Shown piece by piece: positions 24,242-38,047 of a DNA stretch of 64,000 nucleotides. Within the stretch, counting starts at the first letter, position 1. Each line of letters starts with the position of its first letter. The stretch spans positions 14,694,001 to 14,758,000 of the forward strand of contig OZ176051.1 of NCBI GenBank assembly GCA_964247055.1, read 5' to 3'. The notes under the pieces were generated by a model. It saw only the letters and a list, made by a program, of their open reading frames with translations, searched no databases and was not told where the DNA came from. Source of the DNA: Paragordius varius (taxonomy: Eukaryota; Animalia; Nematomorpha). Position numbers and translations under genes: made by a program.

Positions 24242-27200
24242 TATTTTCACCATGTTTTACGGAATATATCCAAAAAATATTAAACAAATTATGTTTTAAC
24301 AGCAATTTAAAATAATAACTCTTAACGTTAAAAATGTATATCGGTGTGTAAAAACTTCAAATATGTTCGAATTAAATTTAATATACATACCCATGAAAAA
24401 AGATTGGTTCAATTATATAAATTTCAAGATCAACACATTCTATGTAATTTAAATCGATTAAAAATGTATCCGTTAAATCATATGGACCACTTTAAACTAA
24501 AACTTGCCAATTAATTCTTGAAATGGCAATCTAGTCAAATTTAACCTGTGGTGAAACCCTAAAACTCTCCGGTCACACCTCCTCCTTCCACAACTCTCTG
24601 GTTTTTTTAATGAATTTATTATACTTATTTTTTAGTATATGGCTAAATTTTAATCATCATCATACGATAAGAAGCGATCGAAAAGCTAAGGAATATATAA
24701 ATAGCAATCATCTTATTTAATTATCAAAAAACAATATAAACAGATGGGTTAGAAATTTTTAGGCAAATTAATTTAATTATTAATGATGAATCATAAGAGA
24801 AAAATGTGTGATTGGAACAATCTTAGCATAATTCTATATTTTAAAAAAATTCACAAAAAGAAGTGGTCATATTAATTTTTGTTATGATATTTAAACTAAA
24901 ACATTAGGGATAGCTCTGACTGGTTAATAGTGAATTAATATATTAATGATCGTGATCACTTATAAAAATCAAAAATCGAAAACTTTTTTACCTATATTAT
25001 CACATGATATAATTACAACAAATAGTATAAATTCTTTTAAATTAACGCTAAATAAAATATATTGAATTCGATAATTTTTATCTATTTGTCATTTAAATGA
25101 TAGATATAAACACTATTTAAAACAATGTGATTGGTATGAGAATTTTATTGAGTGAAAATAAGTAATTTGCTCATGCCGTATTATTTGGAGGCCTTATGGT
25201 ATAATAGGTAATGCGCCGGATTCTTTCACTGTGTGCGTGTGGAGTTCCAAGTTTTATAGCCCGAAACTACACAATTTTTTCATCATAACTGACAATTAGC
25301 CCTGATCGGGCAGGTGAGTGTTAAAGATTTGACTAGTCCTCTTTACCCTTTAAAAAAATTAAAAAAGAAACTTTAAGCTAGTAATGCTTATCAAAAAATT
25401 TAAAAGGCCAAAAAAATCTTATGGGCCATAATATCAATGAATAACTAGAAATACTAGAGAATATGATATTTAAATTCTGAAAATAACAATCATCCATAAC
25501 TTATTATACATTACTTTCAATTACAAACGTATATTTTTTACTGCCAATCACTTAAAAACAAATCATGTTAATATGTCTTTCGATTCAAATGAATGTATAT
25601 GACGACGATCATCAAGCCTGTTTGAAACAAAATATCGAACGGAATCTGACCTATTTAAAAGTTTGCCCTTATATTAAACATGAACGCACCAAAGGTATTC
25701 CAAATAATTTGGTACCTATTATATAGATGAACCCGAAGAAAATAAAAAAACGGCATGAGTGTAGTAGGTAATTTAAAAATGCTGCAAATTTAACCATTTT
25801 TTGTAGCGGCTAATATCAAATCTATATAATAAAAAATAAATTTTAATTTTTGATATAACACACGATATTTTACCAGAATTATGTAAAATCAAAATTCAAA
25901 TCATATTATTATACCAAAACTGAACAACTACTAAATTGCTAAAATATAAATTAATTAATAAAAAAGCTTTTTTTTATTAAGTTTTTAGGTCATATATATT
26001 TATAAAAAAATATATAGCAAATTTTTGAAAATACAATAAAACTGGTTGTTCAAAAAGCTTTTTTAATTTAATTAATTTTAATTTTTATCATATTATTTTA
26101 CTCAAATTGTTTAAATAAAAATAATGAAAAAATTGTGGACTTAAAATAAACCCACTGCTCCCAAAAAAGTTATTTTTTAATTTTATCCAATTTATTTGAT
26201 ATTCCACCACACTAATGTAGAAAATCTAGCCTAATCAAGTGTTAATTTTTCTTTTGATATGCTATTTCCGAAACCTAAATTTTAACCACGCTGTAATCGG
26301 TTAGTTTTGTTAAAAAACGCAAGAGTCCCGAGATTACGCGTTAAGAATTTTTATTATATGCAAGTATGACAAAATATTTTTTATAAAATACATATTTTAA
26401 AATAAAAGGATATCAGAAAAACTTTTATTAAATTTAAAATGGCGGATAAAGTCTTTTTAAATAATTTTACAAGACAAGTTTGCTTTGCATTGCTTATTTT
26501 TGTGCTATTTATTGGATAAGGCTCTATAATTAACGTTGTGTGAAAAAAACAATAATAAATTTATTAAAGACTCAAATTTTCGCCCAATGGCATCATCAGG
26601 AGTTAAAAGATAAAACTTAAAATAAAGTACAACAAAGAAAAAAATAATACGAAATTAAATGTATGACAAATCAATAATTATAAATTGTTTATAGACTAAT
26701 AAATGAAAACTACATCAATAACAGTAAAAGGATAAATTTATTGTATATATGTTCCTTAGTATAAAATGACTTATCTATATGTATATCTAAGATAATTAGG
26801 TCTAATGTATTCACATATATCAAGGTGAGATGTTTGCTTTTATATAATTAACTCAAGGTATAATAATAATAGTCACACGTGGTGGTGAGGTTATAATAAT
26901 ATATAATACTACCATAAGTTACGAGGTTAATATAATAATATATAACGAATGTTGTTTGTGCGGTTAATCTAATATTACAATAATAAGTTCATTCAAATTA
27001 GCCTGTCTACCACTCTAATATTAATTTTTGCTCTAACTTTTTAATTTGTTTATTTTTGGTAATATAATACATCCAGGCAATTTTTGCTCTTCAAAACAAA
27101 ATATATATTTCGTTTTAAGGAAATAAATCCTAAACCTAAAATATTTTTAGATAGTTTCACACGTAAGTGTATGATAAAAATTAATATTGGGTATATTATA

Positions 27201-27243
27201 ACAAGTAATATATTCTAGATCTAGATAATAAATTGCCATTTAA

Positions 27244-27800
27244 CACTTGGATACAACACATTCATTTCAGTCCTATTCAAATTGGGGTAGTTGGATACCC
27301 CAGACCTGTTTAAAATTAAATATTTTAAAAATTATGGAAGGAATCAAAACCATGGCAATATTTAGCACTTAGATAACATAAATAAACCGAAATAAAAAAA
27401 TTTTTTATTCAAAATACTTCCTATCACTTATATTAAGCTAAAACTGAAAGGTAAAAATTTCGTCAACGTGACAACAATAAAAAATACATAAAATAAACCG
27501 CTTTTTTATTTCTATCAATGTTAGATGTAATTTAAATAAAAAATTAGCTTTAATTTTACCCTAAAAATTAAATGAAGACGATATTTTGCGAAAACTTTGT
27601 AAAAAAATGGCGTCGAAGTAGTTTGATATGGAATTTTTTTTCAAAATAGAATTTTATTTAGAAATTTTGGCATATTTATATAATTTTTATCAGGATAGAA
27701 GCATAAATTTAAATTGATACCGTTTCCTTCAGTAGTTTTATATAAATCCTAACTCAAATTTAGTTTGGGGTATTTAGATACCCCAATTAAAATCGAAGTG
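27244..27800. mobile_element. piggyBac-like non-autonomous element
   Basis: TTAA|CACTTGGAT ... ATCGAAGTG|TTAA. The near-palindrome GGGGTAG/TTT..GATACCCC occurs near both ends. An inverted fragment of the left end is at 7478-7542. Confidence 0.55.
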
Positions 27801-28545
27801 TTAACAGATATATATTTGCTTAAGTAACCCCTTAAACTAAAAGCATTTATTAAATATAAAGATTTCGAAAAAATATGCGAAAATGGGATCAAGTTTTTTA
27901 CTTTAAAATATTAAACAATTATTTTCAAATACATAAAGCTTTCCTGGAACATATTTATATTTTTTCATTATATATACGCAAAAAACTGTATAAATGCTAA
28001 TTTTACAGATATGCCTCTTAGCTTATATACCATACACCTATTAAAAACTTTTTGTGATAAATTTAGAATATTTTTTTATAGGATAGAAAATTTTTTATTC
28101 ATATATCTTTTGATATGAATTTGAAGAAAAATCCTTTTATATTTAATATTTCCTATGCCTGATTGTTTCGATCGATTGTCTTCGCGACAAAAAAATAACC
28201 ATCCTTGTAATAGACGACGAGGTAAAAGTAGATTGGCATGATATGCCAGAACTTAGCCTAGACCCCCACACTCAAAATGCATCCAATATTTTTTAGTTTA
28301 GTAGACACATTCGGTTATGTTTTTTTATTACATCAATTATAACTCAATTAAAGTAAATTGCATCAATATTTTTTTGTTTTACGACAATAAAAAAATATGA
28401 TTTTCTTTAAAAAAATAAAATTTGTCTTCATGTTTTTTCGTTTTGCCGTATATTTTCAGTAATGGATACAGTAAATGTAGAAAATTTATAGGTTTCAAAA
28501 GTATGGGCTGTTTTAAAGTAGTTTTAATTTTTACTTGTCGAATTA

Positions 28546-28813
28546 CTGTAAAAATTTAAGATATACAGACAAAACATAATAATAAGCCAAGTATTTTTAT
28601 CTAAAAGACAATCATAATTTTATAAACCTTGATTTATAAGCTATTTTTACAATTGTAAAATATAAAATTGATTGTGTTAGTAATTTATATCTCTATTTTA
28701 CACTTTGCCATTCCAATGAGTTATATTGAAATAAATTAAGATCTTTAAAGTATCGTTGTGTGTTAGAACAAAATATTTGTCTTTTTTTGTCCGTATATTT
28801 TCAGTTTTTAGTG
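28546..28813. mobile_element. CAGT...ACTG MITE, diverged copy
   Basis: TA|CTGTAAAAATTTAAGATATACAGACAAAAC...TTTGTCCGTATATTTTCAGTTTTTAGTG|TA. Confidence 0.55.
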
Positions 28814-29169
28814 TACGTTTTGTCTTTGTATATTTGATTTATTACTGTGGCATCTTTGTAGCTATTTTAAGTTTTCCGAAAGATCAGATAAAAATGAATT
28901 TCAATTCCTATTATTTATGCTCGGAATCTTGGATTTAAAGTCAGGGTTGTATATCAATATAAGTTATATTAATTTATTTTGTTTAAATGTTTTTGGCAAA
29001 AATCAAAATTTCTAAACCTTTGTAAGATGAATATGTTAAGCTACTTAATACAGCTAAATTGTTTATATAGATTATTATTCCAGTTTAATTCCCATTTCCA
29101 AAAAATATGAAAAAAGTTATCCCAAAATACTGCATCAAATTTTTATATAATGCATTATAAATTTTCGTT

Positions 29170-32100
29170 TTAGTTAACAATGGATTGAATCCATGGCATG
29201 TATTCTTTAACTGAGGCGAAGATAGGGGGATATTTTGGACTGTAGCAATTTCCAGCCCAATTGTAACTCGTTATTCCATACAAATGTCATTTCCCGCTAA
29301 CATGATTTCGACATACCAATGGACCTCCAGAGTCTCCCTAAACAACATAATGCAAACAGATAAATTAGACTGGCTTCTATAAAAAAAGATAATGGCAATT
29401 AAAAATTTAATATATTTTATTACTATTATAAGATTATATCTTAAGTAGAGAAATATTGTGAGCCTTCCTAACATTTACACTCTTTACCTTATAATTATAT
29501 CAAATGTATAAAATTTAATGAATTTTTCACTTATCGTATATTCTTATTTTGGCCAAAAGCGTTGGCAAAATTAGTGCGTGTTTGTGCCAACTTCTATAAT
29601 CACCAGTCAAATTAAAACTGTGTTTATAATTTTTAATATATTTTGGAGACAAAGTTTTATTATATAATTGGCTGATTAGTCAATTGTATTATATTGTTAA
29701 TAATTAATTATCAACCTAAATTTAGTAATAAAATTTAATTATTTTTTAGCACTATTTTGTGATATTACATCAGAGGCAATGAATTTGGCATTACGGTTTT
29801 GTACCTAAAAATATCCGCATTAATCAACCAATTTTTTATGATGATATGGTACTAATTTGTATGTATACCTATCATCATGTTATAAACATCATCTGATATA
29901 TAATTTTAAACACTTTATTACCTTTTCAATTCTTATCCTAGTTTATCTTTCAAGGTACTTTGATCCAAAGCTAAATTTTTAAAATAAACCACAATTTGAA
30001 AGTTATTTTAGTTAAAATTTAATTAACAATATTATTACAGTTTTGTGCTTAGTTTATTGGGATCCCAAACACAATTCAAACGAACAGCTATATTAAATTA
30101 AAATATAGCAAGTTTTTGTTGCTGTATGGCCTGAAAACTTTTTTAAGTTAAATATAGATAGTAAAAAATGAAATTAAACGGACAAAACGTAAAAATATTA
30201 AGACAAATATTTTTTCTAAAAGACAACCATACTTTTTGAAAATTAATTTTTATAATGACTCAGTGTTATAAACTATAAAGTAGGAAATAAAGATGTAAAT
30301 TGATAACACAAGCAATTTATGTATTATGCGATTATTAAATTATTTTATAAGGGGAAATTAAAATTGCATGATTCTCTTTTGAAAAAAATATCTTTATTTT
30401 TTACCTATTGTCCGTAAAATTTCAATTTTTACTGTACATTTTCCAACATAATATACATTTGTTTACCTGTTGCATTAGCGATTCAAAAATTAGAGAAAAA
30501 GAATGGCGGCAAAAAAGTTTATTGGGACTAAAAAAGTATAGCAAGCATATTTTTAATTCGGCATACGTTAAATATTTTTTAAAATTTTCTAATATAATCG
30601 CTCTGAGATACAAAACCACCCAAAAAGGTAACGGAGTGCTAAAATTAGATTTGTGATGTATAAATATTCCCAGCTTTGCATTACATGACAAATGTTTCGC
30701 ATGCCATCTTCGACTCCGGCGCAAACTTGATTCGTTACCTTTACGAAAGTGTCTTTATATTTGTCTATGCAATCTTCGTTTGTTACAAAAGGTAAGCATA
30801 CTTCTTGCATTGTATCTGGAGCTCTGCCCTCTAAAAACGAATATCCATATTTTATGAAATATTGAGAAATATAAATATAGTACTTTATGTTCAATCGATA
30901 GTTCAATTATTTCATAAAAAAACACCAAAAATATATATACAAATAAAATAAAAAAGCTAATCAACCAAGAAACCATCAGCAATACAAAATATAAAGTTCA
31001 GCGTCTCTTTTTTATATTAGAGAGAGAGAGAGAGAGAAAGAAAGGGAACTTGAACCGTATTAAGATTTGTGAAAGCTTTAACTCATGCTTGCCTGACCAG
31101 GACTGATAGTGACGATGAAATATTTGTGCGCAATATCTCGTTTCTCCACCCATATAGTGTAAGATTCTGCCGCCCCACTTACTGTGGCATCTTATAAAAA
31201 TAATTCTACCTATTGAAAAGGTCAAATCTTTTACTTTTATCTATATTTTAGATTATATGAAGAACTAATAAATTTCATACTTTCTTCAAATTTAATTAAA
31301 CCCCATCCCGTAGCATAACAGTCTTGGCCGGTAGAAGCAATTGGAGTATCCTTGTCTGGTAAACAGACTAAATTAACAAAATTGTCTAAAGGAGCTGTTT
31401 CTGTCAATTCAAGAATGGCAATATCATTGATCGGTGCATGAGCTGGCCTAATAAATAATATATTTGGTGGTTACAATTTAGTAATGGCATTGATGTAAAA
31501 ATCGCTTCTAATCACCATTATAAACCTTAAAACTGATATGCAAGAAAATTATTTTTAGGAAATTTTATTTAATCCAAAATACAATGTGAAGCAAAACTAT
31601 TTTTTAATGGTAATAATTAACAAAATCTGTTCAACATTTATTTACAAAACAGTCGCCTCTAGAAGCGGTTAGATCAGTTAATGAAAAACCCGTCTTTTAA
31701 TATAATTAATTAATCATTAAATATCAGGCTTATTAAAAGTGAATACCAACATTTAGAACACGAAAACATTATTACAATATTATTTCTAAAGCCCGTTCCT
31801 CACATAGAAAGGTTATACCAGGAAAAATAAACGGTATTGTTGGATACATTATGAGTTATAAATGATAAAATAATTATACTGTTTTATGTTAGTTTAAATT
31901 TTACGTGATTACTTTCAAATTAATTGTTTTTATCAAGAATCAAACCATTTTAGAGATTTTAATATATTATTAAGTTCGCATTATATTTTAACATGTAAAT
32001 TCCAGATAACTACCACTATTTTAGTTCAGTGGTATACAACATGCCTCCAAGGTATTTTGTGCAGCCCGAAAATTTGGCCAAATATATAGTAATTCCATAA

Positions 32101-34379
32101 TAAACAAATTTTCCGAACAAGTTTTTTGAAATTTTGGTATCAAGTGGAAAAAATGGTGAAAACATAGTATTTGTCATTTACAAATGTTTGAGAAAAGTGT
32201 TTATCGCTCATATGTTGTGATGCTATTTACTAGATTTCTTAGAAATACAGCCCGCGCTGTCATATGTGTTGAAGACTCCTAATTTAGGAGTATAATATGT
32301 GTAAAAATCTTAATGCCCTAACACGATAAAATTAGATTAATCTGTGGTTAGGATAAATATAATAATACAAAAAAGCTATTTTACATAAAATCTTTGATAT
32401 GAACGTTTTTGACTCCAGCCCTCCAAGCAGTAGGATCATCCAAATAAACTGCTTTAAATAGATTTTCGACATGTCCATAAACTTGAATAGTTTCTTTGGC
32501 TCTAAATAAAATAATATCTTCAATTATATTTACTCTTAAAGACTATTGTATGGGATATTTATTATATCAAAGATTTTATTTGGTTATTTTTAACTGAAAT
32601 ATAACAAAGGCTGACTAAAGGTTTTTTCCTATTTCATTTTGACACCTTATGGAGTTTAAAACTCCCGCTTACAATTCATAGATTGGTTATATTGTCAAAC
32701 ATTTTAAGACGAAACCCTATTTAAATCATGAAAAATTCGTTAGAGATGAGCGATAAAACGGCATTTTAAGGTTGAAAATATATACGCTCGAAATTCAATT
32801 GTTCATTTATCTTATATAGGGAATATAAAATATCGAAAATAATTGTTAAAATAACTAAAATAACCGAATTTGTTTGTTAAATAAGTATATTTACATTCAG
32901 AAATTATTTCTATATTTTATTACAATAGCTGTAAATCAATTTAGGGGTTCTAAAAAGATCTTTACCGTATTAAATGCCACCATTAACCCGCATAATTAAG
33001 ATTTCCTTTTTACAACCAAATTCTGAACTTAACTATCAATTTTATAATAAAATTATTTGTTGCAAATTAAACGATAAAAGTTAATAAATGGGCACACACT
33101 TTCCCCACACGCAATGAGCAGCCGTGAGAGCGAATCGTGGGTGAATTAGTACAGCGCCACAATCTTGTTTGCGTTCAATTTTCAGGAAAAGCTATATAAT
33201 TAAAGCAATAAAATAAAGAAATATTTGGACGTCATAAAATTTAAACTTTTTTATAAAAACCCCAAAACTAATCTGTCAATGTTTATATACAATATACTTT
33301 TGACACCTCAATGCGATAGTAAAAATAAAATTGTAGGGTAAAACGTAAATACGAAAAGACAACCATAATTTTTTAATCCTTAATATTTTGCGCAAACTTA
33401 ATATTTAAAAATTTAATATACTAAGCGGGTTAGCAATCAACAACATAATTTCCTATTTCGCAAACTAAAAGAATGAATAATATTTAAAAGAACAAACAAA
33501 GTTAAGAAAATTAAAGTTATCTTGTAATAAAATTGTATGATCTTACTTTTTTAATGTATAAATTTATAATACATTAATTTTCAATTTTTATACTGATATT
33601 GATAAAAACGGTATCCTTTTGTATTGATTAGGCGTGTCTTTATGAAAAAGTTGAAAATATATTTTCCCCATTTATTTTTTTATATTTGTTTTACCTGCCA
33701 AGGCCAAGCTTGTATGTTTGCATTATTCCCATTTATGATGTGTTGAGTCAAAACACTGCAATTTGGCGAATGGATTCTTGCAAATTGATTTCCACAATTA
33801 GAATAACCGCCTATGGAACATTGTATAAGAATGGGTTTAAAATTTAAACTAATAGAAAATTTGCTTCAATTTTCAATCATAATATACTTACTGGCATAAT
33901 AATTAGTTATCCATCAAATAAAGGATGCTTATTCTTTTAGCGCCTTATAAGATACATTTAATTTTACCATTATACTTAAGTAAAAACTCGGTGACAAATA
34001 TATTTAAAATTAAATCTTGACAATAGATGCAAATTATAAATTGAGATTAACGCACTCAATAAAATATTTCCTAATTTTAATTAAAGAATTATCTAGAAAA
34101 AAATCAAGGTTTAAAAAGGTAGGATTGTTTTGTTAAATTAATATTTTAGTTTTTTTGTTTTGCCTGTATATTTCAATTTTTACTGATAATTTAAAATAAG
34201 AATTTAACGTCACTCTTCAAAACTTGGTATTTACAGATTTGATTATTTTTTATATCCATATCGATAATAAATATTAATATATTTTAAATGAAATTATTTT
34301 CATACAATTTACCTTCAATTGTGCAAAATAGTATGAAAACGATTGAGAATAGATTCAGAAATAATTGAGTTGTCATCAT
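29170..34379 (-). CDS. Secreted S1A (chymotrypsin-family) serine protease, copy A; 7 exons, one in-frame TGA
   Basis: Exons 34313-34379, 33695-33810, 33100-33191, 32385-32501, 31281-31447, 30685-30830 and 29170-29337, all GT-AG, phases 1,0,2,2,1,0, total 873 nt. Signal MMTTQLFLNLFSIVFILFCTIE, then IINGNNANIQAWPWQ, TAAHC (His), DIAIL (Asp), GWG and GDSGGP (Ser). A TGA at 29287-29289 sits in GK*HLYGITS. The natural stop is TAA at 29170-29172. Confidence 0.9.
30159..30434. mobile_element. CAGT...ACTG MITE in intron 6 of protease A
   Basis: AGTAAAAAATGAAATTAAACGGACAAAACGTAAAAAT...TTGTCCGTAAAATTTCAATTTTTACTG|TA. Confidence 0.7.
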
Positions 34380-34557
34380 TTTGTGCCAGAAGAAATTTAA
34401 ATCAATAGATTAAAACAAAAAATACGTTTTTTATAGATTTTAAATTATAACACAATATGATGCAAGCTTTCGAAATCTCCTTAAACAAGAACAATTTCAT
34501 CATAGATGCTCTTATTATTTCTTGCGTTATAAATAGAAACATTAAATATACATAGTA

Positions 34558-34581
34558 GTCACGTTTCAAGTATTTATTTAA
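34558..34581 (-). promoter_or_regulatory. Candidate cis-element upstream of protease A
   Basis: TTAAATAAATACTTGAAACGTGAC, ~180 bp upstream of the ATG. A near-identical motif lies upstream of paralog B in otherwise unalignable DNA. Confidence 0.35.
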
Positions 34582-37500
34582 TATACGATAATTTTTAAAT
34601 TTAAAATAAACAGTTCACCCGTAAAAAATCTAACAGCAAAATTGGGCTTTCAATAGGTTTGACCTTGGCCATTATTTCAATAAGCAAGCAAACAGTGTCA
34701 ATTTTTTTAATGAGGATCAAATATTTGCGCTTAATAACAGTGTTAACATAATTAAAATTTTTAAAGGACACAATTAGGCATAATAAAGAACTAAGGTATA
34801 TACTGTTTTATAGGGCATCTTTATACAATCACTGAATAACATAACTTGAATTAATAAGAATTTTTTTACAACAAAGATTTTTTAATTAAAAACCGCCTTT
34901 AATCTGGTAACAGTGAATATGTATAAGGATATTAACTTCTGACCCCAAGGTGAGCATATAATAATAAAACAAACTAAAAAATTTATTATTAGTAAATATT
35001 TTATATATATAGAATCTTAATTATGTAGAAACTGAAGAATTAAAACTTTAATTTTTTGTTACTTTTAACCGTTTAATCAAAGGCTAGTATCTAGTTTTAC
35101 TAGCGATGACCGCGCTTATTTTAAATTGCCATATCGACAAAAAACAATTTTATTGATGATATCATATCGTTGGAAATTAAAGATTTGAATTACATATTTG
35201 TCATATTAGTGTAAGGCTTTATAAACATAGAAAACTTTAATATTGCAAAATGTTAAACATGAAAAATACGAACAAAATTAACCACCTGATACATTCCATA
35301 GAAACCCACTTTTGATTATCAAAACAAAAACAATTTTATAATTGATTTGCGAAATTTTAAAATATTTTATATTAATATAAAATCATTTTAAACGATAAAA
35401 AGCAATAACTAAAGAGAACATATAATTTTTAAGCTTTAAAGTACTTCTAGAATTAATTATGGCTAAATATAAAAATTAATAAGTATCCTTTTTTACATAC
35501 ATAGTTTACAGCCATAACGTATCAGGAAAAATAATCCGCAAGACTATATTATAATTCAAAATAAAATGTCAGCTATGACCCAAGACAGAGTAAAGCAAAA
35601 ATTAATTATACGGTACAAAACGAAATATAAGACAAATGTTTTTTCTAAAAGACAACCATCCGGATTCTTATATAACCGATTGTTTTGAATGCAAAATATA
35701 TAATAGACATTTGCTAACACAAAATTATATAATTTACAATCGTAATTAAATGATTTTGATAGGATAAATTAAATATAAAAAAACATTGTCCTTACATTCC
35801 TGTTACAGTATTATAAAGTATTGACAGATTACATTTATTTTTATCCTAAAGGCTCGGTAAATGTCGCATTAACCACGGTTTATAAACTTTTATTCTTACT
35901 CAAATCAAATAAGTTAGTCTACTTGTTTCCCAATTAATTATTTTGTTGGGCAGTTATAGTATAAAGCCAATTCCAAACTAATTGGCTTCAACATTTATAT
36001 AAAATCTAAAACAAATAATGGTTTAAATTGCTTTATATGGCGTATTCATTTATAAAGGCAAACATTCGAGACTTTCTATGTTCCACGTTACATGTCAAAG
36101 TTTTATTTTGCTCAATCATTTAAATATGGAATATCTTTATTGAACAAATATTCTACATATAAAATTAGTGAATAACGGGACACCAAAATTAATATCCCGA
36201 GTGTTTAATAAATTTATTTCAACGGCATCAAAAATGTATTGAAAAGCATTTCATATAACCACATTTTTTTTCTTTGATTAACAGTAAAAGCAAATTAATT
36301 TTATATTTTTTGCTAAATATAAAGAATCAATAACATTTAGAAGCATTAGCTTTTGTAGCAAGCTGGTTACGCTGGAGAATAGGCAGATATTTAAAAATTG
36401 TTAAAGCAGAACAAAATATTAAAAATAGTTTTCCAATAGGTTGGATATAAATTTTCCGAATAATTATTGGGTAATGTAAAAATTATAAAATTAAAGTTGG
36501 CAACAAATTTTTTTAAATCTTCTCCTATTATTGCTGCAGATACCTATAAGGTATGATCCATATTTCTCGCCTTCAGTTTTAAGTTTTACTATGTTTGTTA
36601 AATAAGCTCACATCATTTGAAAAAATATTTATAACCTAGGGGGCTTGAATGTTTCGATATTTAATCCCAGGTTATATAAAATTGAACTGTATACTTTACT
36701 AAACAATAAGTTCGTTTTAATAAAAAAAGAATAGGCAATTATTATTTTATAACTTTATGATTCAAGATCGTTAATCATATATATATAATTTATCATAAAA
36801 ATAATAATTTATATATTTTTGATAAAAAAAGGATATTTCAAATAAGGAGTATTTATATCTAATGTTTCCGGACAATCCAAGGAGGAAGACGCAAAGTCTC
36901 ATCGAAATTCAAGCTAGCATCTTTTATATACCTCAAAAATCTTTTAGTTATAAGTATCAATAGGGTTTTCGGTATATCTACTATATAAGGAATAATCCCG
37001 CATTTTTTCAATATAGACAACCATGAAAAATAATTTGGCTCAAATGAAAAATTTTCAAAACGAAAAAACATTGAATTACCAAGGTTTTTAACTATTTTGA
37101 CTATGGAAAATTTTGTAGCCAAGTACTTTTTTTAGAGTCAATGGGGTTTGGCCGACTGTAAAATCTGTCACTATTTAAAATTCTTACTAATTTTGGGACA
37201 ATCTATAAAATAATAGGATTAAATGATGGTTTTAGGTATTCCCGTCGCTTTGAAAAAGCCAATGAGTCTGCCTTTTCTAAAATACCCCCCAGTTAAAAAC
37301 AGAAGGTAATTAAAATTCTAGCTGATATATTAATATTATGGGGAAATACCCGCAAAATCACTACAAATGAATATTATTTTTATGGGCTTATTTTTTGTGT
37401 TGCTCTGTCTGGAGTTATTATAAAATGATTTGACTACATGGGGATTAAATAATTTGATTCATATGGATTCATTAGTTCCCCAAAATATTATCAAGGTCCG

Positions 37501-38047
37501 TTATATTGTTGTGGCCACTTCCCAGTGGCTAATTTAGATAACGTTTGAATAAATTTTTTCACATAAAACGGACTCGTATGGACTAAATTATAAAATTTAC
37601 ACTACAAACTAAACGTAATAAAAAAAATATTGTTTAAAGACAATATTATTAAACTTGATAAGTCGCTATGGGTTGCAAAATACGAAAAATAGATGTATAA
37701 TTGAATTGTTCAAAATTATTTGAAAAGTAAGGTAGTTAGCCTTTTTAAAAATAAATATTTGTCTTTTAGTTTTACTTCTATAATTTTTCTGATAATAATA
37801 ATAAATTTTTGGATAACACTATTATGTCATAGAATGCATTTTACCGAAAATGACCCAGTATTTAGGTTTAAAATTAAAATATTGGATTTCATTTTTATAA
37901 TTATAAAACTATTAAATAAATACTTTTGATTTTGACATAAATCTTTATAATTGTTAATTTATATGTAGGAAAGTTATACTCCTGATTTGAAAATTAAATT
38001 TATTAAAATAGAGCATTTTTATTTGAATTATTATAAATATAAATTTA

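Noticed and set aside
26825-26990. Short repeat-spacer pattern (GGTTATAATAATATATAA about every 40 bp) resembling a mini CRISPR array
   Set aside because: The repeats are low-complexity and degenerate, there are only 3-4 units and no cas genes, and the context is eukaryotic.
31019-31040. (GA)n and several (TA)n microsatellites (also ~2197, 12955, 53518, 54036)
   Set aside because: Ordinary simple repeats.
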